DNA of 64,000 bases, from the NCBI GenBank assembly GCA_945877765.1, contig CAMDWQ010000012.1, positions 1 through 64,000 on the forward strand, written 5' to 3'. Of this stretch, positions 7,762 to 16,241 are shown one piece after another. Each line of letters opens with the position of its first letter. Position 1 is the first letter of the stretch. The translations under genes and the position numbers were made by a program. The notes beneath the pieces are model-generated. The model ran no database searches. It was not told the DNA's origin and was given only the letters and a program-made list of their open reading frames with translations. The stretch is from Candidatus Omnitrophota bacterium (GTDB lineage Bacteria > Omnitrophota > Gorgyraeia > 2-02-FULL-51-18).

Positions 7762-7799
7762 TTGCGAACGAGGCGCTCTACCAGCTGAGCTACAGGCCC
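7762..7799 (-). repeat. Partial tRNA-Ala copy (nucleotides 1-38, to the end of the anticodon loop); distal att repeat of the island
   Basis: Exact 38-nt identity with 178-215. Identity stops precisely at the anticodon-loop / 3' anticodon-stem boundary. Confidence 0.75.
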
Positions 7800-7861
7800 G
7801 TCTCTGGCACAAACCAAGCAAAGAAAAAAATCTGAAAAAAATCTATTTCACCCCACAAATG

Positions 7862-8013
7862 AAGGTCCGCTCGCACTCGGCCGACGTAAGACTTTTAGTC
7901 TACGGCTCGGGTGCTGGCCCAGCACTCTACCATCTCACCCCTCACAGAAGGTCCGCTCGCACTCGGCCGACGTAAGATTTTTAGTCTACGGCTCGGGTGC
8001 CGGCCCAGCACGC
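7862..8013. repeat. Two tandem copies of a roughly 66-bp element (period about 86 bp, two mismatches)
   Basis: aaggtccgctcgcactcggccgacgtaagacttttagtctacggctcgggtgctggcccagcac is repeated with two substitutions. Each copy contains the small hairpin gtgctggcccagcac. It lies between cutA and the island junction. Confidence 0.6.
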
Positions 8014-8015
8014 TG

Positions 8016-8330
8016 CTATTTTAACGTGTCTTGAAGCCATGCCAGATACCCGGCATCCCCACCCTTCACCGTCAGCGCCAAAATCTCAGGAACTTTATAC
8101 GGATGAATCTCACGTAGCGTTTTTTGCAGAGTCTTCAATTTCGCCGAAGTCGTTTTGACTAAAATTAAAACTTCACCCGTTGCTTCAATCCTGTGTTTCC
8201 ACCGATAAACCGATTTCCATCCGCCCTGGTACGAAACACAAGCCGCCAATTTTTTCTCAACCAACACTCTGGCGATTTTACGCGCAGACCGAGCATCCTT
8301 TGTTGTCGAAAAGACAACAAAGGCACTCAT
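8016..8330 (-). CDS. cutA: Divalent-cation tolerance protein CutA
   Basis: 104 aa. VVFSTTKDARSARKIARVLVEKKLAACV ... HPYEVPE-like core typical of CutA1. Confidence 0.8.
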   Translation of the reverse strand: MSAFVVFSTTKDARSARKIARVLVEKKLAACVSYQGGWKSVYRWKHRIEATGEVLILVKTTSAKLKTLQKTLREIHPYKVPEILALTVKGGDAGYLAWLQDTLK

Positions 8331-8533
8331 TAAAAACGAAGTGTCACTTTGTAGTTATCGGCGCCCTCTTGATCCAGAATAATATGTCCTTCGCGCGCCA
8401 GCCAGCCAAGACTCATGAGCACGACGTTACGATCCCTCTCGGTCCCTTTGACCAAATCGTTCAAACTGCAAGATTTACGCGTATCTAAAAAATGCCAGAT
8501 ATCTCCGGCAACAATCCCAATTTCTGTAATCAT
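8330..8533 (-). CDS. Small hypothetical protein (67 aa), possibly winged-helix
   Basis: ORF abutting the cutA start. No confident family assignment. Confidence 0.35.
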   Translation of the reverse strand: MITEIGIVAGDIWHFLDTRKSCSLNDLVKGTERDRNVVLMSLGWLAREGHIILDQEGADNYKVTLRF

Positions 8534-8626
8534 GTGAACCTCCCTTTAAAAAAATAGTCTAAACCGGTAAAAGATAACTCCAAAGAAGCTCTATCATAAA
8601 CGCCGCCCCAAAGGAAATCAATGAGA

Positions 8627-8872
8627 TTAAAAAAGCCGCTCTTCGGGAGATTTTTTATTGTAGCTCTTGCATTGCGGGCACTGGGAAATCTCCTGATGAG
8701 TGGAGTCCACATACGTGTAGGTGCAGATTTTGCATTCCCAGACATCGGCTTCCTCCCGGACAAACTTAGGAAGCGCGGTCTTTTTCTCGAAAAAAATCCA
8801 CAATACAAAAATAGCCAAAAGGGATGTCATCACGTAAAAAAATATGGCCATTGAAATATCGACGGGAAACAT
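8627..8872 (-). CDS. Small membrane-anchored zinc-ribbon protein (about 81 aa)
   Basis: An ATG at about 8870-8872 follows 2 nt after the stop of the upstream gene. It has an N-terminal TM helix, then C-K-I-C ... C-P-Q-C (CxxC...CxxC). Confidence 0.4.
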   Translation of the reverse strand: MFPVDISMAIFFYVMTSLLAIFVLWIFFEKKTALPKFVREEADVWECKICTYTYVDSTHQEISQCPQCKSYNKKSPEERLF

Positions 8873-8874
8873 CC

Positions 8875-9369
8875 TTAAAGCCCCTGTTCTCTGGCCAAGC
8901 GAAGGCGTTTTTCCTTCTCTTCTTCGGTTTCCCCTGGCAATGACAACGCGGCTTCCTCGGCCCATTCGAAATCAGGCGCCGCTTTGACGCCGCCAACAAC
9001 TTCTCTGAGCGACGCGATCAGTTTTTTTCCAAAAGGAACGCTGACGACGTCGCCTTTCATTTGACGCGGTATCGCCTCAACAGGCAGTTCTGCTGCCGCT
9101 AAAAAATCAGAGGGACGGCGATAAAAGGACTGCGAAAGCTCAGGCCGGCTCTCCACGAGCGTTTTAAATATCGCATCGTCCATGACAGGCCCCAAAGATA
9201 CCAGATAGGGCCTTGGTTTTTCCGCTTTCTTGGGAGGGCTCACCACAATTTTGATAGAAAAAAACCAAAAAAAATGCCACAAAAGAGAAAAAGCAAGACC
9301 CACAAAAAAAGTCCGGTCCCAAAAAGACCAACTGCGATACTCCCTGAGATTGCGGCTTCTGCCGGCCAT
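8875..9369 (-). CDS. Hypothetical membrane-anchored protein (164 aa) at the TonB/TolA position of the ExbBD operon
   Basis: N-terminal TM helix, charged C-terminal region, sits immediately downstream of exbD. It lacks the Pro-rich TonB hallmark, so I give no family call. Confidence 0.4.
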   Translation of the reverse strand: MAGRSRNLREYRSWSFWDRTFFVGLAFSLLWHFFWFFSIKIVVSPPKKAEKPRPYLVSLGPVMDDAIFKTLVESRPELSQSFYRRPSDFLAAAELPVEAIPRQMKGDVVSVPFGKKLIASLREVVGGVKAAPDFEWAEEAALSLPGETEEEKEKRLRLAREQGL

Positions 9370-9374
9370 GGGCT

Positions 9375-9788
9375 TTATCCGCCCGCTTTCTGATTAGTCG
9401 CAATATTAATCTGAGACACACCGGCATCGCGGCAAAGATCCCAGATTTCAACGACACGCCCGAGAGAGGCGCCGGCATCCGCTTTTAAGAGCACGGTCTT
9501 GTTTTCATCGGCGGCAATCTTGATTTCACGAGTCAATTCAACGATAGTTGTGGGCATCTCATTCAAAAATAAAAGATCCTGCCCAGTCAGGGTCACTGTA
9601 AGATTACGACTGCTAAGGACTTCGCTGGTGATGGCTTTGGGCAAACTTACTTTGATGCCGGGCTGAATGACAAAGTTGGAAGTCAGCATGAAGAATATCA
9701 AAAGCAGAAACATCACGTCGATGAGCGGCGCGATATCCAACTGTCCTTTTTTAATTTCAGTTCTTCGTTTGAGCCTGGTGAATCTCAT
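9375..9788 (-). CDS. ExbD/TolR-family biopolymer transport protein
   Basis: MRFTRLKRR...LDIAPLIDVMFLLLIFFM is the typical ExbD/TolR N-terminus and TM segment. Confidence 0.8.
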   Translation of the reverse strand: MRFTRLKRRTEIKKGQLDIAPLIDVMFLLLIFFMLTSNFVIQPGIKVSLPKAITSEVLSSRNLTVTLTGQDLLFLNEMPTTIVELTREIKIAADENKTVLLKADAGASLGRVVEIWDLCRDAGVSQINIATNQKAGG

Positions 9789-9809
9789 GCGGCGGCTTCT
9801 CCCCGATCG

Positions 9810-10442
9810 TTAGGATTCATTTTCATTGCGGCGTTCACCAAGAATGTTTAAGAGATCCGTGGCGCTTCGTTCCATATCCAAAACAAAACCATCCACGCGG
9901 CTCACCAGATAATTATAGGCAACATACGTCGGAATCGCCACGCACAACCCAAATACGGTCGTCAGAAGGGCTTGCCATATGCCCCCGGCAAGATCCCCCG
10001 GATTGACGGGGTTGACAGCGCCCGCCTTGGTTTCGATGACTTGAAATGCCGCAACCAAACCGGTGACAGTACCCAAAAGGCCCAATAGCGGCGCCACGTG
10101 CGCGACTGTCGCCAGAACCGGCAGATTTCGTTCAAGACGCGGAACTTCGTGCACGCTGGCATCCTCAATAGCCTCGCGGACTTCGTGGCGAGGACGGTCA
10201 TGCTTTAAAATTCCCGCCTTTAGAAGGTTGGCAATTGGCCCGCCCGTCTTATCGCACAGGTCAAGAGCTTCCATAATTTTATTGCGCTTAATGGATTTTG
10301 AAATCTGCTCCATGAATGTTTTGGTATCGATTTCTTCCTGCCGCAGTCGTATAAGCCGCTCGATTACAATCGCAAACGCCACCACCGAACACAGCAGAAT
10401 AGGCCACATGATAGGCCCGCCTTTTTGCATAAATTCCCACAT
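9810..10442 (-). CDS. MotA/TolQ/ExbB-family proton channel
   Basis: 210 aa with three TM helices and the conserved C-terminal TM pair (LATVAHVAPLLGLLGTVTGL). Confidence 0.8.
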   Translation of the reverse strand: MWEFMQKGGPIMWPILLCSVVAFAIVIERLIRLRQEEIDTKTFMEQISKSIKRNKIMEALDLCDKTGGPIANLLKAGILKHDRPRHEVREAIEDASVHEVPRLERNLPVLATVAHVAPLLGLLGTVTGLVAAFQVIETKAGAVNPVNPGDLAGGIWQALLTTVFGLCVAIPTYVAYNYLVSRVDGFVLDMERSATDLLNILGERRNENES

Positions 10443-10456
10443 ACATTTCCCTCCCT

Positions 10457-12595
10457 TTATTTAATGATTTTTTCTTTCAAGTCCTGGCTTTCATACGTCC
10501 GTCCATCCGCCTTTAAAATTTCGGCGAGTTTTTCCCGTGCCTCTGAACGGTAAGGCTCTCGGGCTGGCGCGTTCATCACTTTTAAATACTCTAGCCGCGC
10601 CTGAGGCAGTTTTCCTTGAGAAACTAAAAAATCACCCACTTTTAAAAGACCTTTTGCGGCAAGCTCTGAGTCAGGAAACTTTTGCGCCAGCAGTTGCAGT
10701 TGCCCAACCGCACCCCAAATATCACCTTCGCGCTCATGAGTCATGGCGATAGCAAATAGCGCGTCATCCGCCTTGGCGCTATCGGGAAACTCAAGCCCTA
10801 TCCTCTGATAATAAACTCGCGCCTTCTCATACTGCCCCTTATTGTAGCTGTATTCGCCCAAACCGTACAACACATCCGGCGCGTTGTCACTGCGCGGATA
10901 CGCCGATAGATAATTTTCAAATTCGCGAACCGCCTCGTTTTCCCTTTTGGAATGGAAATAACACCACGCCTTTTGATAGCGGGAAAGCCTTCCGACTTCA
11001 GTCTGGGGGTATTGCGCGGATAACTGCTGATAAATCTCAAGCGCCTTATCATACTGCGCCAAACTAAAATAACCGTTGGCCATCTGAAATAAGCTCTTAC
11101 TTTTTAGAAGGCTGTCCGGATAAAGCGCCTCCAATTTCTCAAAATGCTTTATCGCTTCGGCGGATTGATTTTTCTGCAGAAGCGCCGAGCCAATCTGGTA
11201 CATCGCTTCGTCGCATAAATGACTGTTGGGAAAACGCAGCAACAGGCTTTGAAAACTTAAAATCGCTGAGTCGTGGCGTCCAAGACGGCCTAGGACAGCA
11301 CCCACTTGATACTGCGCATAATCCGAATAAACACTCTCCGGAAAATCTTTCAAAACACGGTCATAGGACTCGAGTGATTTTTCCAACTCATTTTTTTCAA
11401 GATATGTATCGCCGATGCGGCAGAGAGCATTGGTCTTTAGGACATCGTCTGGCGTACTATCGGCGGCTCTTTGAAAATGGGCAACCGCCTCGTCGGGGCG
11501 CAATAATCGCACACACACCCAACCGAGATTATATTCAATTTCGGCCGCCAAGGGACTGCCCGGAAATTTCATGAGCGCCTGCTCATAAAAATCTTCGGCT
11601 TCCTGGTAGCGCTCTAATTCATACAACGACTGGGCTTTCCAAAAAAGGAATTCATCCATCAGATCAGCCTTCGGAAACAGCTGGATGATCCGGTCTAGCG
11701 TCTGCGCGGCTTCCGCAAACTTTTTAAGCTGCATCAGCGTGCGTGCGTGCCCAAAAAGAAACGAATCCAGCTCCGGGTTATGGGCCTCTTGACTCTCGGA
11801 CAATGAAAAATAAACCAGCGCCTGCGGATAGAGTCCCAATCTAAAACTGCACCAGCCCGCCCGTTCAAGAGAGACCAAATAAAACTCACTGTCCTCTCCA
11901 AAATCCAGGCTCTTTTTAAAAAAATCGAGTGCCGCCGCGTACTGGCCGAGGCTGTAGAAACATTCACCCAGAAGATACTGGGCGGCAAGCGCTTTCGGGC
12001 TTAAAGGAAAATCCTGGATATAGGACTCGAGCTTGGCCGAAGCCTCTTCATATTTTTTAGCCTCGTAATCATACTGCCCAATTTTATAGCGGGCCTCCGT
12101 AGCCAATGGGTCCAGTGGAAACTCTTTTGCGATTTCCTCCATGATTTCAATCGCTTCAGCAAGGCCGCCGGTTTCTCCCAGACACCAGGCTGCAGAGAAT
12201 TTGGCATGAATATAAAATTTAGAGGCGGGGAATTGATTTAAAATTTTCTGATAAAACCTCAGTGCTGAAATATAGTCCTTGGCTCTAAAATAGGTTTCCG
12301 CGGTCCAATACGCCGCCTCTTCCTCCAAAGGGAGTCCGTCGGAGTCATTTAAGAGGGATTCCAGCGTCTTGGACGCCTCGCCCAATTCTCCTCTCTCAAA
12401 CTGCGCCCGGCCCAAAAGAAATCTCACCGAACCTGTTTTTTTGGACCCGGGATATTTTTCTAAATAGTCCAATGCCTTTTCCTTGACGACAGAATAAAAT
12501 TTATCTCTATAGGCTTGTCGGATGGAAGTGTAATCAACTTCTTCGGTTGTTTCGGCGAAAGCGTTTAAAGCGACAAAAAACAAAATAAATATCAA
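10457..12595 (-). CDS. Tetratricopeptide-repeat protein with a signal peptide (probable TTG start at about 12595)
   Basis: Many TPR-like repeats throughout. The track ORF runs to 12691, but its first 32 codons translate a palindromic intergenic element. A TTG followed by the LIFILFFVALNAFA signal peptide and preceded by a GGGGG stretch is the more likely start. Confidence 0.7.
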   Translation of the reverse strand: MIFILFFVALNAFAETTEEVDYTSIRQAYRDKFYSVVKEKALDYLEKYPGSKKTGSVRFLLGRAQFERGELGEASKTLESLLNDSDGLPLEEEAAYWTAETYFRAKDYISALRFYQKILNQFPASKFYIHAKFSAAWCLGETGGLAEAIEIMEEIAKEFPLDPLATEARYKIGQYDYEAKKYEEASAKLESYIQDFPLSPKALAAQYLLGECFYSLGQYAAALDFFKKSLDFGEDSEFYLVSLERAGWCSFRLGLYPQALVYFSLSESQEAHNPELDSFLFGHARTLMQLKKFAEAAQTLDRIIQLFPKADLMDEFLFWKAQSLYELERYQEAEDFYEQALMKFPGSPLAAEIEYNLGWVCVRLLRPDEAVAHFQRAADSTPDDVLKTNALCRIGDTYLEKNELEKSLESYDRVLKDFPESVYSDYAQYQVGAVLGRLGRHDSAILSFQSLLLRFPNSHLCDEAMYQIGSALLQKNQSAEAIKHFEKLEALYPDSLLKSKSLFQMANGYFSLAQYDKALEIYQQLSAQYPQTEVGRLSRYQKAWCYFHSKRENEAVREFENYLSAYPRSDNAPDVLYGLGEYSYNKGQYEKARVYYQRIGLEFPDSAKADDALFAIAMTHEREGDIWGAVGQLQLLAQKFPDSELAAKGLLKVGDFLVSQGKLPQARLEYLKVMNAPAREPYRSEAREKLAEILKADGRTYESQDLKEKIIK

Positions 12596-12687
12596 TCCAA
12601 CGCCCCCTAACCCCCTCTTTGTCAAAGAGGGGGAAAACGTACACGATCCGCCCTCTTTATTTAAAGAGGGGGTTAGGGGGCGTTCAA
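12596..12687. terminator. Compound palindrome (20-bp outer inverted repeat enclosing two cccctcttt / aaagagggg hairpins) between the uvrA stop and the TPR gene start
   Basis: cgccccctaaccccctcttt ... aaagagggggttagggggcg is seen directly. On the minus strand it is followed by a T-rich run. It overlaps the presumptive Shine-Dalgarno sequence of the TPR gene. Confidence 0.45.
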
Positions 12688-15555
12688 TCACTTCAAGACT
12701 TCCTTTAGAAATTTTCCGGTATAGGACTTTACGTTCCTCGCCACTTCTTCAGGGGTGCCTGTGGCCACCACCTCCCCGCCTTTGTCGCCTCCTTCGGGTC
12801 CCAAATCAATCACATAATCAGCTGTTTTGATCACATCCAGATTATGTTCGATGACCAGCACGCTGTTCCCCTGGTCTACCAACTGCCCAAGCACCTTGAG
12901 CAAGCGGTCGATGTCCGCAAAATGGAGTCCCGTTGTCGGTTCATCCAAAATATAAAACGTGCGCCCCGTCGCGCGCTTGGAAAGCTCCGTCGCCAACTTC
13001 ACCCGCTGGGCTTCGCCGCCCGAGAGAGTCGTGGACGCCTGTCCAAGTTCGATATAATCCAGTCCCACATCGTGAAGCGTCTGAAGCTTGGAGCGCACCA
13101 TCGGAACGTTGGCAAAAACATCCAGCGCTTCCTCCACGCTCATGGACAACACATCGGAAATGGACTTCCCCTTGTACTTGACCTCAAGCGTCTGTTCATT
13201 AAAACGTTTGCCCTTGCACACTTCACAAGTCACGTAAACATCCGGCAAGAAATGCATCTCAATCGTCTTCACGCCGTCGCCTTCGCAAGCCTCACAGCGG
13301 CCGCCTTTGACATTAAAACTAAATCGTCCCGGTTCATAACCGCGCATGCGTGCATCCGGCAGTTTGGAAAAAATATCGCGGATCGGTCCAAAAAGGCCGG
13401 TGTACGTCGCGGGATTAGAACGCGGCGTGCGGCCAATCGGCGATTGATCAATTTCGATAATTTTGTCGAGCTTCTCGGCGCCCGTGATTTTTTCATGTTT
13501 GCCAGGCACGGCTTTGGATCCATAAATCGATCGAGAGAGCCCCTTGAACAAAATCTCATCCACCAAGGTGCTCTTGCCTGATCCTGAGACGCCGGTCACG
13601 CAAGTCAGCACACCCAAAGGAATTTCGACATCGATATTTTTTAGATTATTTTCAGCGGCTTTCTTGATGATGATTTTCTCCGCTTTTTGGATAATTCTGC
13701 GTTTGGCGGGTATGGCGATCTTTAACTGGCCATTTAAATATTTTCCTGTGATCGATTTTGGGTTTTTCATGACTTGGGCCGGGGTGCCTTCTGCCACAAT
13801 GTGGCCGCCGTGCTTGCCGGCGCCAGGGCCTATGTCCACCAGATAATCCGCACGCTTCATTGTCACCTCGTCATGCTCCACGACGATCAGTGTATTCCCT
13901 AGATCCCGCAGAGCCATCAGCGACTCGAGCAATTTTTCATTATCGCGTTGATGAAGACCGATCGATGGCTCATCCAGCACGTACAACACGCCGATCAAAC
14001 CCGACCCAATCTGGGAGGCCAAGCGAATGCGCTGAGCTTCTCCGCCCGACAACGTGCCGCTCATGCGATCCAGCGAGAGATAACCCAAACCCACATTTTT
14101 CATGAAACCAAGGCGCGCGCGGACTTCTTTTAATATCTGGTGAGCAATTTTTTCATCCGGCTCGGAAAATCGCAGTTCCCTGAAAAATTTATCTGCATAC
14201 TCAATAGAAAAGGCGGTCATGTCCATGATGCTCTTATCATCCACTTTCACCGAAAGAGCCGAAGGCTTTAAACGCTTGCCATGACACTCTTGGCAGGGTT
14301 CTATGCTCATGAATTTATTAATTTCTTCCTTCATGAATTCGGATTCGGTCTCCTTGAAACGCCTTTGGAGATTGGGAATAGCGCCTTCCCAGCCATCGGC
14401 CCATCGACTGCGGCGTGAAGAGGGCGAATCGCTATCCTGATCCTCCTCGCCAAAAAGAACCAGATCCCTCTGTTGGCGATTTAGTTGATTCCAGGGAGCG
14501 TCCACATCAAAACCATGGCGATCAGCCAAATGCCGCAATTGCCGACGGTAATAAATCACTAGCGACTTACCGCCCCGGTTCCAGGCGGCAATCGCACTGC
14601 GAACCGGCTTTGTTTTGTCCGGAATCAAAAGCTCGGGGTCAATCTTTAGGCAATTTCCCAGTCCGTCACAGCCGGGACAGGCGCCGTAAGGACTATTGAA
14701 TGAAAAAAGCCGGGGTTCTGGCGGAGGAAAACTAATACCGCAATGAATGCACGCATAAAGCTCGGAAAACATCTCATCGGGCTTTGCCCCGCCCTTGCCC
14801 GCCGATGCATTGGTGGTGGGCTCATACGCAATTTTGATCGTTCCCTTGCCCGTCTTAAGCGCCGCCTCCACCGAATCTGTGAGTCTTTTTTTTCCGCCAG
14901 AGGCGGATCCGCCTTCGGCGGATAAAATCAAGCGGTCCACCACGATATCAATCGTATGTTTTTTCTTTTTATCAAGCGTAATACTTTCAGAGATTTCGCG
15001 CGTGACCCCATCGACGCGCACGCGCACAAAACCTTCTTTTTGGATATCCTTAAAAATTTTGTGGTACTCTCCCTTACGGCCTTCGATGGCAGGTGCGAGA
15101 ATTTGAATTTTGGTTCCGGCGGGATTTTGCAATATTTGTTCAACGATTTCTTGCGCGCTTTGCTTAGTGATTTTGCGCCGGCATTGATAGCAATGAGGCA
15201 CCCCGATTTTGGCAAACAGCAGCCTTAAATAGTCATATATTTCTGTGGTTGTCCCCACCGTCGAGCGCGGATTGGATCCGGCTATTCTCTGTTCAATGCT
15301 GATTGCCGGTGACAGGCCCTCGATGTATTCCACGTTGGGTTTCTGCATTTGATCCAAAAATTGGCGGGCGTAAGCCGAAAGGCTTTCCACATACCTCCTC
15401 TGGCCTTCAGCATAAATCGTGTCAAACGCAAGCGAGGACTTCCCGGAGCCGCTTAAGCCGGTGAATACCACCATGGCGTTTCGGGGGATTCTCAAATCTA
15501 TTCCCTTAAGATTGTGTTCGCGGGCATTCTTAACAAAAATCGTGTCTTTTTCCAT
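12688..15555 (-). CDS. uvrA: Excinuclease ABC subunit A
   Basis: 955 aa with two ABC ATPase modules (GLSGSGKSSL, GVSGSGKSTL), zinc-finger cysteine clusters, and LSGGEAQR signature motifs. Confidence 0.95.
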   Translation of the reverse strand: MEKDTIFVKNAREHNLKGIDLRIPRNAMVVFTGLSGSGKSSLAFDTIYAEGQRRYVESLSAYARQFLDQMQKPNVEYIEGLSPAISIEQRIAGSNPRSTVGTTTEIYDYLRLLFAKIGVPHCYQCRRKITKQSAQEIVEQILQNPAGTKIQILAPAIEGRKGEYHKIFKDIQKEGFVRVRVDGVTREISESITLDKKKKHTIDIVVDRLILSAEGGSASGGKKRLTDSVEAALKTGKGTIKIAYEPTTNASAGKGGAKPDEMFSELYACIHCGISFPPPEPRLFSFNSPYGACPGCDGLGNCLKIDPELLIPDKTKPVRSAIAAWNRGGKSLVIYYRRQLRHLADRHGFDVDAPWNQLNRQQRDLVLFGEEDQDSDSPSSRRSRWADGWEGAIPNLQRRFKETESEFMKEEINKFMSIEPCQECHGKRLKPSALSVKVDDKSIMDMTAFSIEYADKFFRELRFSEPDEKIAHQILKEVRARLGFMKNVGLGYLSLDRMSGTLSGGEAQRIRLASQIGSGLIGVLYVLDEPSIGLHQRDNEKLLESLMALRDLGNTLIVVEHDEVTMKRADYLVDIGPGAGKHGGHIVAEGTPAQVMKNPKSITGKYLNGQLKIAIPAKRRIIQKAEKIIIKKAAENNLKNIDVEIPLGVLTCVTGVSGSGKSTLVDEILFKGLSRSIYGSKAVPGKHEKITGAEKLDKIIEIDQSPIGRTPRSNPATYTGLFGPIRDIFSKLPDARMRGYEPGRFSFNVKGGRCEACEGDGVKTIEMHFLPDVYVTCEVCKGKRFNEQTLEVKYKGKSISDVLSMSVEEALDVFANVPMVRSKLQTLHDVGLDYIELGQASTTLSGGEAQRVKLATELSKRATGRTFYILDEPTTGLHFADIDRLLKVLGQLVDQGNSVLVIEHNLDVIKTADYVIDLGPEGGDKGGEVVATGTPEEVARNVKSYTGKFLKEVLK

Positions 15556-15566
15556 GAGGTGAGCCT

Positions 15567-16241
15567 TTAGGTTATTTTTTGGTCTTTCAAAATTTCAGGA
15601 ATTGGGCGGGCATCGATGCGTATTCCCCCGTCATGCTCAATCAGTAAGGTGTAAATAGTGCCTGGAATAAATACGGACCCAGGCGCCTCAATTTGCGCGT
15701 TTTTAATCCCGCGTCTTGACCGCTCGACAGGATCCAGCGCGTATTTCCAAAACCTCTGCCACACTTCTTTCTCAAAATAATTGGCCGTTTCGCCAACCCG
15801 GTAGCCTTGCGGGATTTCATTGGCGGGCGCGATCACCATTTCCTCGGTATTTTTACCGTCCAACACAAACGCTTTTAAAAAAAGATAAATACTTTTTCCT
15901 TTCATGCGGTTTCCTTGCTCCACATACTTATCATCAAAGCGCACCACCAGCGTCTGAAACTGAATCAGATTGCCTTTGAACGTAAAATATTTTGGTTTTA
16001 GGGGATGGCCTTTCACGTCGTATTCCAGAAATTTAATCGTGGTGGTGTATTTGCGGGTATATTCGTCGAGACTGGAATCGGTCACAAGCACTTCGGCGAT
16101 GCGAGATTCCGCTTTCAGGTTATGAATGATCTGACGCATCATTAGGAATTCAAAAACAAATTTGTAAGCGATGATGAACAAAAAGAAAAGGACCGCAAGG
16201 ATTAAAAAATTTCTTAATATTTTTTGAATTCCCCCGAACAT
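15567..16241 (-). CDS. Hypothetical membrane-anchored protein (224 aa)
   Basis: N-terminal TM helix followed by a soluble domain. No recognisable motif. Confidence 0.4.
   Translation of the reverse strand: MFGGIQKILRNFLILAVLFFLFIIAYKFVFEFLMMRQIIHNLKAESRIAEVLVTDSSLDEYTRKYTTTIKFLEYDVKGHPLKPKYFTFKGNLIQFQTLVVRFDDKYVEQGNRMKGKSIYLFLKAFVLDGKNTEEMVIAPANEIPQGYRVGETANYFEKEVWQRFWKYALDPVERSRRGIKNAQIEAPGSVFIPGTIYTLLIEHDGGIRIDARPIPEILKDQKIT

Larger units (their letters stand above)
178..7799. mobile_element. Integrative island (~7.6 kb) in tRNA-Ala, bounded by 38-bp direct repeats. Carries an integrase, an AlpA-like gene and unknown cargo.
   Basis: The 38-nt repeat ttgcgaacgaggcgctctaccagctgagctacaggccc occurs at about 178-215 (inside the intact tRNA) and again at about 7762-7799. 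A tyrosine recombinase sits next to the tRNA. All cargo between the repeats is non-housekeeping. Confidence 0.7.

Noticed and set aside
7862-8013. Possible CRISPR array
   Set aside because: Only two repeat units and about 66-bp repeats with a single short spacer, no cas genes anywhere in the window, and the repeats are not palindromic in the CRISPR manner. Reported instead as a tandem intergenic repeat.
8875-9369. Calling the 164-aa protein TonB or TolA
   Set aside because: It has no proline-rich spacer and no recognisable TonB C-terminal motif by eye. The positional argument alone is insufficient, so I left it as hypothetical.
10457-12691. Using the full track ORF (ATG at 12691) as the TPR gene start
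   Set aside because: The first 32 codons are a translation of the uvrA-proximal compound palindrome (Pro/Ser/Gly-rich, not protein-like). An internal TTG with a signal peptide and a poly-G Shine-Dalgarno sequence fits better.
12844-13581. Plus-strand ORFs antisense to uvrA. The same pattern recurs at 21510-22523 (antisense to mfd), 43650-44213 (mrdA), 57140-57745 (coxA) and 51711-52143 (ileS).
   Set aside because: They sit entirely inside strongly supported minus-strand genes and have Arg/His-rich artefactual translations typical of antisense frames in GC-moderate genes.
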